Shown here piece by piece: positions 26,802-35,966 of a stretch of 46,609 bases of DNA (position 1 is its first letter; each line of letters starts with the position of its first letter). A model generated the notes under the pieces. It saw nothing but the letters and a program-made list of their open reading frames with translations. It was not told the origin of the DNA and searched no databases. Both the position numbers and the translations under genes were made by a program. The DNA lies in the IMG/VR virus record IMGVR_UViG_3300037692_000066, positions 1-46,609 of that record; one strand, given 5' to 3'. The DNA is from a virus. Lineage: Duplodnaviria > Caudoviricetes.

Positions 26802-26975
26802 AAACTATCTAATTATCAGTCATTTACAATAGATAATTATTTATAAAAATATAACTTATTATTATATAGTTATAACTATCTAATTATCAGATATATATGT
26901 TTGTGTGATTTAAACACACTTATAATTATATGTATTATATTTACAGCTCACAACGAGTTAATTATGTTAAGTAGG
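26802..26975 (+). other. Candidate Xer (cer-like) recombination site with accessory region, copy 2
   Basis: ACAGCTCACAA-CGAGTTAA-TTATGTTAAGT at 26943-26972; homologous to 6953-7121. Confidence 0.55.
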
Positions 26976-26977
26976 AT

Positions 26978-28144
26978 ATGAAAATTTACATAGACGGACG
27001 AATAGCTAAAGACTACACAGTCAACGAGATTGTATTTAATTACGATTCCGTAAGCGATACGTTTTCTTTAACTCGTCCTTTTTTTGAACATTGGGAGGTA
27101 AACAGGAGAGACAACAACGAAACTTATCGCATGTTTACGCCTTTGAAATATTACGAGGTACGGATTTTGGACGACCAAAATAATTTACTTTTAACCGGAA
27201 CGCTTTTAAATCATACTTTCAGTACAAAGGCAGAAGAAAATGGGTTGAGTATTTCGGGATATTCAAAGACTGGCATTTTATCTGACTGCTCGAATGTACA
27301 AGAAATGCTTAAAAATTCACTTGAAGTTGAACAGGGCGAAGAAAGTATTTTAAGCACGGTAACTGATTTAATAGGAGCAGGTGACGAAGATACAAAAACA
27401 GGCGAAAGTAGCGACTTTTCAGATATTTCACTACTTGAATTTGCTAAAAAACTATGCGCTCCTTTTGGGATCGAGGTTATTTATGACGAAATTGTCAAAG
27501 ATAAAGTAAATGAAAAATACGAAGCAACCCAAATAAAAGATACAGAAACGATCGCTTCGTGTCTTTCAAAACTTGCAACGCTCAAAAATTTAGTGTTAAG
27601 ATGCAATGTAAAAGGGCAGTTATTATTTACTCAAATCGACACGAACAAAAGACCTGTTATGAATTTTGAAACAGGGAAATCGTTAATATTTTCTGCTAAA
27701 TTAAACGTAAACGGTCAGGGGATGCACTCGGCAATATATTTAACAGGAGCTGTTCCTCTCGAAGAAGAGGACGAAGCTGAAAGCGCAAAGTCGGGAGATA
27801 GTGTTTTAATAAAAAACCCTCTTATTTCAAAATACAGACCGATAGTTAAAAAACAAAGCTCTGAAAAAGGCACTTTGATAGACCCTGTTAAGGCAGCTTT
27901 AGCAAATGAATTAAAAGGGATTTCGGTTGATATTTCATGCAAAGGGTGGGATTTTGTAGATAATAATTTAATAAGAACAGGCGATTTAATTACAATCTTA
28001 TGTCCGGACATTTATATTTATCAATCGACAAAATTAGTTGTAACTGGCATTTCTTTAAAAGAAGACGTCAACGGAAAAGAACAAACATTAACGTGTGTTT
28101 TGCCCGAAAGTTTCACGGGTGAAATGCCAAAAATTCGATTTTAA
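26978..28144 (+). CDS. Baseplate hub protein (Mu gpP-like)
   Basis: 'DSVSDTFSL', 'ISGYSKTGILSDCS', 'LCAPFGIEV', 'LVLPESF'-like end. Confidence 0.8.
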   Translation: MKIYIDGRIAKDYTVNEIVFNYDSVSDTFSLTRPFFEHWEVNRRDNNETYRMFTPLKYYEVRILDDQNNLLLTGTLLNHTFSTKAEENGLSISGYSKTGILSDCSNVQEMLKNSLEVEQGEESILSTVTDLIGAGDEDTKTGESSDFSDISLLEFAKKLCAPFGIEVIYDEIVKDKVNEKYEATQIKDTETIASCLSKLATLKNLVLRCNVKGQLLFTQIDTNKRPVMNFETGKSLIFSAKLNVNGQGMHSAIYLTGAVPLEEEDEAESAKSGDSVLIKNPLISKYRPIVKKQSSEKGTLIDPVKAALANELKGISVDISCKGWDFVDNNLIRTGDLITILCPDIYIYQSTKLVVTGISLKEDVNGKEQTLTCVLPESFTGEMPKIRF

Positions 28145-28159
28145 TTTTTAAATTTGTCA

Positions 28160-29161
28160 ATGAAAATCATTCAAGTAAACGCAAATGAGATAAGAAAAAA
28201 CGTTTTTAGATACATTAAAACGAAATTTTCAAATGATTCTCACACGTCGGCGCAAGTTGCGCCATTTGGGGATGATTCATGCCCAGTTAAGGGAATGAAA
28301 GGTGTTGAGTCTGCAACGGACGACTTGGGGCAAAACGTGGTTCTTGGGTATTTTAACAGAAAATCACTAGCTAAAGAGGGCGAAAAGAGGCACTACTCAT
28401 TAAAAGAAGATGGAACAGAAAGCTTTTACACTTGGTTAAAAAATGATGGCACAGCAGAATTTGGAGGAGAAAACGACCATCTGGTTAGGTATTTTAAATT
28501 AGACGATGCTCTTCAGGCTTTCAAAATAAAAATAAACACCGAACTTGAAAAAATAAGACTAGCGCTTTCTTCGCTCGGTTCTGTTTATGCAAAAACAGAT
28601 ACTACGATAGATATTTCAGCTTCCCAGATTGTAGAAATTAAGACTATTGGAGATGGCGAGGGAGGAGGCGGAAGTCCGGAGCCAACGCCTTCCGACCAAA
28701 CAAAAGAGGACGTTATCAATAAAAAAATTGACATCGAATCCAACAAAACGAGCGACATATTTTATGCCTCAATAAAAGCTATATATGACTGGGGAACTAG
28801 TTTATTTGAGCCAAAAAAAGGTACTGATGACAACTATGTAACCGATGCCCAACTTGTAGTAATAGGTAATACTAGTGGTACTAATACTGGGGACCAGGTA
28901 GCAGACGGAGTTACAATAACAGGAGCAGGAACAGTTGAAGATCCTTTTGTGGCAACTGCAACAAGTAGTGGCACAGAACACGAATACGATATAGACTCCG
29001 TAGATACTACAACAAAATATATCGGTATAGCACCACTAGGAACACTAACTTCTGCAACAGGGTGGACTGTAACAAAATTAGTTATTAGTTCAGTAGGAGC
29101 AGTAACAGAAACACATGCAACAGGAATATATGATGATAGAGAAACATTAATATACACATAA
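28160..29161 (+). CDS. Baseplate spike (Mu gp45-like) with C-terminal extension
   Basis: 'PFGDDSCP', 'GEKRHYS', 'LKNDG' N-terminus, then a GGGGSPEPTP linker and fibre-like motifs. Confidence 0.7.
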   Translation: MKIIQVNANEIRKNVFRYIKTKFSNDSHTSAQVAPFGDDSCPVKGMKGVESATDDLGQNVVLGYFNRKSLAKEGEKRHYSLKEDGTESFYTWLKNDGTAEFGGENDHLVRYFKLDDALQAFKIKINTELEKIRLALSSLGSVYAKTDTTIDISASQIVEIKTIGDGEGGGGSPEPTPSDQTKEDVINKKIDIESNKTSDIFYASIKAIYDWGTSLFEPKKGTDDNYVTDAQLVVIGNTSGTNTGDQVADGVTITGAGTVEDPFVATATSSGTEHEYDIDSVDTTTKYIGIAPLGTLTSATGWTVTKLVISSVGAVTETHATGIYDDRETLIYT

Positions 29162-29162
29162 T

Positions 29163-29501
29163 ATGAAAAGTAATAAACCAATAACACAAGACGTAACAAA
29201 AGTATTAACTTACAATGAGGATGGTACTCCAAAAGAAGTAGAAGTAATCAAAGATGTATTGTTTGATAGACTTGGTGTTCAAATGCACATAGGCATACAA
29301 CCAACCAATGGTAATGGTAATATAATAACTACAGGTTCAGTGCGATTTAAAAAGTGTTCTGAAGATGGTTACATTACCAATACAGGAGAAGAAAGATACA
29401 TTTTTACCAATATTCTTGAATGTAAGGATATTGATATTCTTACAGCTTTCGGAAAAATTGATGCAATCCTGACAGAATTAGTTAATAAGAAAGGAATTTA
29501 A
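29163..29501 (+). CDS. Hypothetical protein (possible fibre chaperone)
   Basis: 112-aa ORF packed between tail genes. Confidence 0.6.
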   Translation: MKSNKPITQDVTKVLTYNEDGTPKEVEVIKDVLFDRLGVQMHIGIQPTNGNGNIITTGSVRFKKCSEDGYITNTGEERYIFTNILECKDIDILTAFGKIDAILTELVNKKGI

Positions 29502-29503
29502 TT

Positions 29504-30889
29504 ATGGCAACGGTTTATCCAAATGCGAATGATAAATACGAAACAGTGGCTAATTGGTACGATGATGCTACAGGAGCAGCATACGGTTCATTACCATTAG
29601 CAGGTGATTTAATCTGCTTAAATAATAAAGCTGTTACAGTTGATGCAACTACATTAGCTACACTTACAGCTACCCCTTCTTTACTAGGAATAACAAACGT
29701 AGCAACAGGAGCTAGAGCGGCAGGAGGTATGCTTACAATATCTACTGGAGGCTTTACTTTAAACGTAAATTATTCTGGAGCTACAGGCATTGTTGCAGGA
29801 ACAGGAACTTATGTTGTTGCGATTAACCATACAACTGATACGGTTGTTGTAAATGGAGATTCTTATGCTTCTGCAACTACGGCTTGCAAAGGTATTGGAT
29901 GGGGCACATCTGGAACTATAGAAATTAACGGCAATATAAGTGGTGGTGGATTTGTTAATGCGTGGGGTGCATATTTATACGGCTCTGGAATATGTACAGT
30001 AACAGGGAGATTAATCGGTGGTACAGTAGCTAGTTGTTTCGGTACTGTTTTTGGTGGCACAGCAACACATAACATTATAGGAGACCAATGGAGTCCTTTA
30101 GGTTCTGTTGCATCCTGTATAGTACCTTTTGGCGGACCAACCCTAAATATTTATGGTGATTTATTAACAATGGATGGTGCAGGTGGTAGTGGAAATGTTA
30201 TTGGAATTTATTCTACAGCTAACGGCACTGTCAATCATTACGGTGATATGTATTTTGGCACCAATCCAAGTTCAAATACGATTTGGGAATTTTCTACACA
30301 GACTTATAATGCTAATACAGTTGGTAATATAACCGGAGGACCGTATGCCACTAAAAGTTGTATAAATAGTAATAACGCAACTAACACAAATACAATTACT
30401 ACAACAGGTGATATAATTGGAGGAAGTGGTAATAATGCAATTCAAATTTACAATACAAATATTGATGTAACAGGAACTATCACCGCAGGTACTTATGCAG
30501 CAATAAGTAAATGGACAACTGCTTTAACAGGAGAAGTGATTGCTAGAGGTAATGTTGTTAACGTAGATGGCGTTAATGCAATTTATAGTAGAAGATTACA
30601 ATTAGATGAAACAGCAGTTCAAACATGGATAGTACAAGACACAAGTAATGTTGATAGAACACTATACACTAATCCAAGTGGTTTTCCTGTTGCAGGTGAT
30701 GTGAGAGATGGAACTACATTTGGAGAAGCAAGTGAATTTGAGGGCACATTAGCAATTCCAACACCTGCACAAGTTTTAGTAGATGTTCCAACAGATGATA
30801 CTGTAGGTACTTTTACAGGTGGCGGCTCTATAAATTACTCTGCAATAGCAGATATAGTAGGGGTGATAGTAGAAAATAATTTTCCTTAA
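29504..30889 (+). CDS. Gly/Thr-rich beta-helical tail fibre or receptor-binding protein
   Basis: Repeated 'xxxGxxxGG' turns, C-terminal 'PVAGDVRDGTTFG...GTL'. Confidence 0.6.
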   Translation: MATVYPNANDKYETVANWYDDATGAAYGSLPLAGDLICLNNKAVTVDATTLATLTATPSLLGITNVATGARAAGGMLTISTGGFTLNVNYSGATGIVAGTGTYVVAINHTTDTVVVNGDSYASATTACKGIGWGTSGTIEINGNISGGGFVNAWGAYLYGSGICTVTGRLIGGTVASCFGTVFGGTATHNIIGDQWSPLGSVASCIVPFGGPTLNIYGDLLTMDGAGGSGNVIGIYSTANGTVNHYGDMYFGTNPSSNTIWEFSTQTYNANTVGNITGGPYATKSCINSNNATNTNTITTTGDIIGGSGNNAIQIYNTNIDVTGTITAGTYAAISKWTTALTGEVIARGNVVNVDGVNAIYSRRLQLDETAVQTWIVQDTSNVDRTLYTNPSGFPVAGDVRDGTTFGEASEFEGTLAIPTPAQVLVDVPTDDTVGTFTGGGSINYSAIADIVGVIVENNFP

Positions 30890-31050
30890 CTATTGATAAT
30901 ATTAAAGATGCTATGGTGTATTTTGGGCTATCAAAAGTAGAAATTGATATGTAAAGTTGTTTGAATTAGAAAACTTTTTAAGTTAAAAATAGATAAACAT
31001 TGCACAAATTAAAAAACTTTTTGTAATTTTAAAAACGAAAAATAATAAAC

Positions 31051-31395
31051 ATGGCAATTAACACGAGAGAACAATTAAAGGCTTGGTTTACACCGTCTTT
31101 TAAACTGATTTCAGATAGATTTGAATCTATCTTTGATAGTTTTTTCCACAAAGAGGACGATATTTATTGTGTCGATATAACCGCAGCCGACCAGGCGGGA
31201 GATTATTCAGTAACAAAAGAGCACGATTTAGCAGCAACAAATTTACTGGTAATTGCCGAAGATAAAGACGGAAAGCCAAATATGGGAATGGAATACCAAA
31301 ACGTATATGTTGACGATGTTTGCAATTCAACAATAGTATTTTATTCAGATACAATCGCAGGAACCGAAAAACTTAACATTTTAAAACTTAAATAA
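31051..31395 (+). CDS. Hypothetical tail-associated protein
   Basis: 'REQLKAWF...FESIFDSFFHK' N-terminus and an 'HDLAATNL' motif. Confidence 0.6.
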   Translation: MAINTREQLKAWFTPSFKLISDRFESIFDSFFHKEDDIYCVDITAADQAGDYSVTKEHDLAATNLLVIAEDKDGKPNMGMEYQNVYVDDVCNSTIVFYSDTIAGTEKLNILKLK

Positions 31396-31398
31396 AAC

Positions 31399-32847
31399 AT
31401 GAAAAAACTAGTATTAATCATATTTACAATTATGCCTATTTTGGCTTTTTGTCAATTTTCAATAAAAAATCCTGTCATTCAACAAACGGCATTTGGAGAC
31501 ACTCTTACAACTCGCCTTCAAGCTGACAGCGTAAAAATCACAACTACTAAAGATTTTATCTCATTCAATAAGCCTCTTAAAATCAACGGCGACACAGTCA
31601 TGACCGGAACGACTATTGATGCCTACACTAAAGCGCAAACAAGGGATTTAATGTCAGATAGTTTAGGTGCGTATGTTGACACTATTTCTAATCAAACAAT
31701 AAAGGGGTCGAAAACATTTACAGAGCTTATTCGTCTGGACACATCCGGAGACAAATATGTAGGGGTTTTAAATGGGAATACTATGTTGAAAAATGAAGGG
31801 GTTTACATTCTTTTGGATGATGATTCTTTATATTTAGTTACTGATTATCAAGCCTCTTTGTTGATAACAGAAGACAGCATCATTCCTTCGCTACCAATTA
31901 GGGGCTACTACACAACTACAGAGGTGCGAAGTGAAATTAACGACAGTCTTAACCTCGCTGTAAGACTTATAGGCGACCAAAGTATTGATGGAGAGAAAAT
32001 ATTTAACGATACTCTTACAGCCGATTTTGTTAAAACAAAAGAGCTTTATATAAACGGATATCCTTCTATTGTTGATAACGGAGGAGGCACTGTAATTATC
32101 AAGGGTTTCGAAGGTCAAACAGACTTTATTCAAATAGACGATGGTGCTACTGTAATCTATGGTAATAATGGCGGTTTTGAATGGCTTGGAGAAAACAATG
32201 GTTCTACCTATATGTATGGAATAAACGGTAATGATTTTCTTAAGTCTGAGGCAGCTAAAAATAGCATTTGGGGAATTACTGGGGATGGGGATGGGATAAG
32301 TTTTATCGGTTATACCCCAACCACTACAACCATAGCGAGGGGCGATACAACCTTTATTACAATGACTAAAGACACTCTTAAGCTACATAAAGTTGTAGCC
32401 TCTGATAGTGTTTTATATGCGCCAGCCATATACGGTGAGATTATAGTTGACAGTGGTTTTGTCGCTCAAACAATCGTTGATAGCACCTACATAAAATTAA
32501 CGGCATTCAACACAGAGGGAGAGAGCAACCTTATAACGGCTGTAGCCGATAGTGTAATTGTATTAAGAGATGGTATTTATGAAGTTGATTTTGAACTTAG
32601 TCTAACCCCATCGGTAAAACAAGTGGATTTAAAGGCGGCTGTATTTATTAATGGCATCAAAACAAATTGTCAAGATAAGTTTTATACGCAATTGGATAGT
32701 GAGGCGGTTAATTTAATGGCTTCAAGATTTTTATCTATTAATGCAGGAGATATACTAACAATTAAAATATACCACAATCATACTGTTAGCAATGACATAA
32801 CTGTACATTATGGCAGACTTGGTTGTAAGTATATGAGTAATCAATAA
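31399..32847 (+). CDS. Signal-peptide-bearing fibre-like protein with C1q/BclA-like C-terminus
   Basis: MKKLVLIIFTIMPILAFC followed by Q; two 'QxIxGxKxF' repeats; 'DGIYEVDF...INAGDILTI'. Confidence 0.6.
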   Translation: MKKLVLIIFTIMPILAFCQFSIKNPVIQQTAFGDTLTTRLQADSVKITTTKDFISFNKPLKINGDTVMTGTTIDAYTKAQTRDLMSDSLGAYVDTISNQTIKGSKTFTELIRLDTSGDKYVGVLNGNTMLKNEGVYILLDDDSLYLVTDYQASLLITEDSIIPSLPIRGYYTTTEVRSEINDSLNLAVRLIGDQSIDGEKIFNDTLTADFVKTKELYINGYPSIVDNGGGTVIIKGFEGQTDFIQIDDGATVIYGNNGGFEWLGENNGSTYMYGINGNDFLKSEAAKNSIWGITGDGDGISFIGYTPTTTTIARGDTTFITMTKDTLKLHKVVASDSVLYAPAIYGEIIVDSGFVAQTIVDSTYIKLTAFNTEGESNLITAVADSVIVLRDGIYEVDFELSLTPSVKQVDLKAAVFINGIKTNCQDKFYTQLDSEAVNLMASRFLSINAGDILTIKIYHNHTVSNDITVHYGRLGCKYMSNQ

Positions 32848-32856
32848 GTTACTATT

Positions 32857-33096
32857 ATGAAACAGCTTATAATTCTATTAGCAAGCCTCTTGCAGGGGTT
32901 TATGGAAGAAACCCCAAAGGCAGGAAAAATAATCAGAAACATAATGGCTATACTTGTTACAATTGCAGGTGTACTTTTTGGAATATCTGAATTAGAGTGG
33001 ATAGTTATACCAAAGCAAATAAGTGATGTATGCACCATTATAATGGGCATTGGTAGTGCGATAGGTCTTGTTGCGCAGGGTACAGTAAAGAAATAA
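32857..33096 (+). CDS. Holin-like membrane protein
   Basis: Two hydrophobic segments, basic C-terminus, lysis region. Confidence 0.55.
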   Translation: MKQLIILLASLLQGFMEETPKAGKIIRNIMAILVTIAGVLFGISELEWIVIPKQISDVCTIIMGIGSAIGLVAQGTVKK

Positions 33097-33117
33097 AACA
33101 TTTAAAATAAAATAGCC

Positions 33118-33360
33118 ATGACAAAGGGTAATGATGGTTTTGAGAAAAAATTTATATCTACAGGACAGTTTGTAGTTGCGTTGCTTTTGTTGGCGGTAAC
33201 ATTTGGAGGGATAACAGCATCCGTAGCTAGTACGTTATCGGCGCATTCAACTGACATTAACAATATGAAAGGCAGTCAAGATAAATTGGAGAATAAGCTG
33301 GATAAGGTTATTGATTTATTGTTAGAATTGAAAAGAGATAGGGGCAACATTAGAGAATAA
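33118..33360 (+). CDS. Single-TM coiled-coil protein (holin/XhlA-like)
   Basis: One TM segment followed by 'KLENKLDKVIDLL'. Confidence 0.5.
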   Translation: MTKGNDGFEKKFISTGQFVVALLLLAVTFGGITASVASTLSAHSTDINNMKGSQDKLENKLDKVIDLLLELKRDRGNIRE

Positions 33361-33363
33361 ACC

Positions 33364-34419
33364 ATGAAACTAATACAAATCCATAGTCATATTTTCACAT
33401 CAAAAAATATAAGTGAGGGTTTTTTGGGGTTTAAACTTCCTTTCACTTACTCTTTTTTGCACGCTATTGAGGGCAGTTTGTGGCTTATGTCTACCGTAGG
33501 AAGATTGTTTGGTAAGAAAAAGTTATCTAATTACAAGAACTTTGTAGATTGTTTTAATGACATAAAAACGTCGTCAATATATAAAAAGCTGAAATCTTAC
33601 GACAAAGAACCTACGATTCATTGCGCCTTAATCATGGACACAATTTCTATTGACGGAGAAATTAAAGAAGATATTTATACTCAAATTCTCGAACACGGTC
33701 TTATAAAAGCAAACAACAAAGACTTCATTTTCTTTGTCGCTATTGATCCAAGCCGACCAATAGAAGAAATTCAGGAGCTTTTAGAGTTATCTAAGAATGC
33801 CGGAGCAAGTGGTTATAAAATGTACCCGTCTTTAGGGTATCTTCCATCGCACCCAAACCTGATGAATATTATCTATCCGTTTTGTTTAAAAAATAAATGG
33901 GCTATTACAGCGCATTGCTCTAGTGCCATAACACGAGCGAGTGCAAAAAGACTTCATATTATAGGGCTAGATTTACACGACGAGCCGATAGACGAAATTA
34001 GAAGGATGCGAAACAAAGAAGATTACAGACAACTAAACGACCCCATTGGATACGTTCCCGTTTTGCGAAAATACCCCGACCTACACATTAATTTTGCACA
34101 CTTTGGAGGTGAAGAAATCGAAAAGATGAACAAAAAACCTAGTTGGTGCGATACTATTTTAATGCTAATGTCACAATACGAAGGTGTTTATACAGATATT
34201 TCTTATTCGTTTTCCAATAAAAAACAACTATTAAAAGTAGTTCAATTGTTGTCTTCAGTTAAATTATATCGTGAAAGATGCCTTTTGGGTACTGATTTTT
34301 ATATGGTACTTTTGGAAGGTGATTATGGCGAAATGATGCGAAATTTATTTGTCGCTTTAGGATTTACAAATATTAATAAAATAGGCAGGGAAAATCCCCG
34401 CAAATTTTTATACTTATAA
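33364..34419 (+). CDS. Amidohydrolase-superfamily metallohydrolase
   Basis: IHSH, GYKMYP, AHC, NFAHFGG, VYTDIS and GTDF motifs. Confidence 0.85.
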   Translation: MKLIQIHSHIFTSKNISEGFLGFKLPFTYSFLHAIEGSLWLMSTVGRLFGKKKLSNYKNFVDCFNDIKTSSIYKKLKSYDKEPTIHCALIMDTISIDGEIKEDIYTQILEHGLIKANNKDFIFFVAIDPSRPIEEIQELLELSKNAGASGYKMYPSLGYLPSHPNLMNIIYPFCLKNKWAITAHCSSAITRASAKRLHIIGLDLHDEPIDEIRRMRNKEDYRQLNDPIGYVPVLRKYPDLHINFAHFGGEEIEKMNKKPSWCDTILMLMSQYEGVYTDISYSFSNKKQLLKVVQLLSSVKLYRERCLLGTDFYMVLLEGDYGEMMRNLFVALGFTNINKIGRENPRKFLYL

Positions 34420-34420
34420 A

Positions 34421-34846
34421 ATGGCGGACTACGTAAAATCAATCAGTAAGGTGTTAAGGCGTGAGGGTGCGCTTGATGCAAAACTAGGCTATGTTAATGA
34501 CAAAACGGACAGGGGAGGAGAAACTGTTGCCGGCATAGCTAGAAACTTTCACCCTTCGTGGGGTGGATGGGTAGTAGTGGACGGACATAAGGCGCATCCA
34601 AATTTCCCAAAGATACTGAAAACAGATGAAAACCTCGTTCAACTTATCATGTCGTTTTACAAGCGTGAGTTTTGGGATAAAATTTCGGGCGATGAAATGA
34701 AAAGTCAAACCATCGCTGAATTAATAATCGACACGGCTGTTTTAGAAGGCTTTGTTCCGGCTATTAAAAGGGCTGAAAACATCACGGGAATACCAACAAC
34801 GGGGAAAATATCAGAATTATTAATCAGAAAACTTAATTCATTATGA
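34421..34846 (+). CDS. Endolysin, glycoside hydrolase family 108
   Basis: 'EG...GYVNDKTDRGGETVAGI', 'FYKREFWD', 'IAELIIDTAV'. Confidence 0.88.
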   Translation: MADYVKSISKVLRREGALDAKLGYVNDKTDRGGETVAGIARNFHPSWGGWVVVDGHKAHPNFPKILKTDENLVQLIMSFYKREFWDKISGDEMKSQTIAELIIDTAVLEGFVPAIKRAENITGIPTTGKISELLIRKLNSL

Positions 34847-35193
34847 AAACATGTGTATTGACGATAGTATTAGCATTATTGATTGGGTGCAATCACAAGC
34901 CGATAGATAATACATCTGTCCTAGAAGACAGCATAGACATTTTAAATGAGAAGCTGTATTATTCTCAAAAGGCAAATAAGGAGCTTTTTGTTATGTATCA
35001 AAATGTCGCAGATAGTTTTATGATAGTTTCGGACAGTTTGGATAGATTAAACGAAAAGCCGTTAATGACTGAAAAACAATTCATTGAGATTTATAAATAT
35101 GAAAGATTGTTGAAGTACTATAAAATATGCAAAAGAAATCCAACTCAATGGAAGTTTTACAAGGGATGGAGTATTAGGGTTTTTGAAGAATAA
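34843..35193 (+). CDS. Lipoprotein, possible spanin
   Basis: Lipobox LLIG-C, coiled coil, follows the endolysin. Confidence 0.55.
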   Translation: MKTCVLTIVLALLIGCNHKPIDNTSVLEDSIDILNEKLYYSQKANKELFVMYQNVADSFMIVSDSLDRLNEKPLMTEKQFIEIYKYERLLKYYKICKRNPTQWKFYKGWSIRVFEE

Positions 35194-35230
35194 AGGCGAC
35201 CTGTTTTTTCTTAAACAAACAAACCACTAG

Positions 35231-35256
35231 AGCCTCGTATTTATGCGAGGCTTTTT
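35231..35256 (+). terminator. Intrinsic terminator ending the late operon
   Basis: AGCCTCGTA / TGCGAGGCT stem with a T-run. Confidence 0.8.
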
Positions 35257-35316
35257 AATTTCTAACAATTAAGATTTATTAACTAAATTAATTGTGTTTC
35301 TAATTAGAAACCTAAT

Positions 35317-35324
35317 TATATTTG
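35317..35324 (+). promoter_or_regulatory. Early promoter -7 box
   Basis: TATATTTG, with TTG about 24 bp upstream and the palindrome GTTTCTAATTAGAAAC (35296-35311) between them. Confidence 0.65.
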
Positions 35325-35354
35325 CAAATAGAAATACAATTAGAATTATAAATC

Positions 35355-35552
35355 ATGGCAGAATTAAAAACGAAAATCATTTGGCAAAAAACCCTACTAG
35401 AAATGAAAATAGGGGAAACGCTAGAAATCCCATTTGACGAAAAAGACCTATGTTCCGCTTCGGCTAACTACCAAAAAAGCAGAGGGATTGGAGAGTGGAA
35501 AATATCCAGCAATCGAGATTTAAAACAAGCATTTGTTGAACGAATAAAATAA
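35355..35552 (+). CDS. Small putative DNA-binding protein
   Basis: First early gene, 'LEMKIGETLEIP...VERIK'. Confidence 0.55.
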   Translation: MAELKTKIIWQKTLLEMKIGETLEIPFDEKDLCSASANYQKSRGIGEWKISSNRDLKQAFVERIK

Positions 35553-35558
35553 GAACCT

Positions 35559-35753
35559 ATGTACACAACCGAATTTATCACAGCAGAAAACCAAGTAAAA
35601 CACACATTTGAAAATGGAATTGAAGTTTTAGCAGATTTTAGTTTTCACATCGCACATGTAAGTTTTAACAACAAAAAAACAAACTCTTTTTCAATCGAAG
35701 ATATGTCTTTGGGAGAGTACCATTTAATATTAAAAAAATATGGAGAGAATTAA
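35559..35753 (+). CDS. Hypothetical protein
   Basis: Packed ORF in the early operon. Confidence 0.6.
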   Translation: MYTTEFITAENQVKHTFENGIEVLADFSFHIAHVSFNNKKTNSFSIEDMSLGEYHLILKKYGEN

Positions 35754-35964
35754 ACTGCTAAATGTGCGAGTTTATGCACTAAAAGACGAAATATCTATCA
35801 TCGAGCACGATGGTAAGTTAAAGGACCGTACCACGCAAAAACCAAAATTAATTTTAAGAAAGGATGTTGATAAAATAATTGACATGAAAGACTTAAAATT
35901 TGAGCGACAGCAGTACAAAAAAAGCGAAACAGACATAATACAATTTACATACGAGCATTTATAA
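35740..35964 (+). CDS. Hypothetical protein
   Basis: Packed ORF in the early operon. Confidence 0.6.
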   Translation: MERIKLLNVRVYALKDEISIIEHDGKLKDRTTQKPKLILRKDVDKIIDMKDLKFERQQYKKSETDIIQFTYEHL

Positions 35965-35966
35965 AC

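Noticed and set aside
24056-32847. Diversity-generating retroelement or invertible tail-fibre system
   Set aside because: No reverse transcriptase, invertase, template/variable repeat pair or inverted fibre segments were seen.
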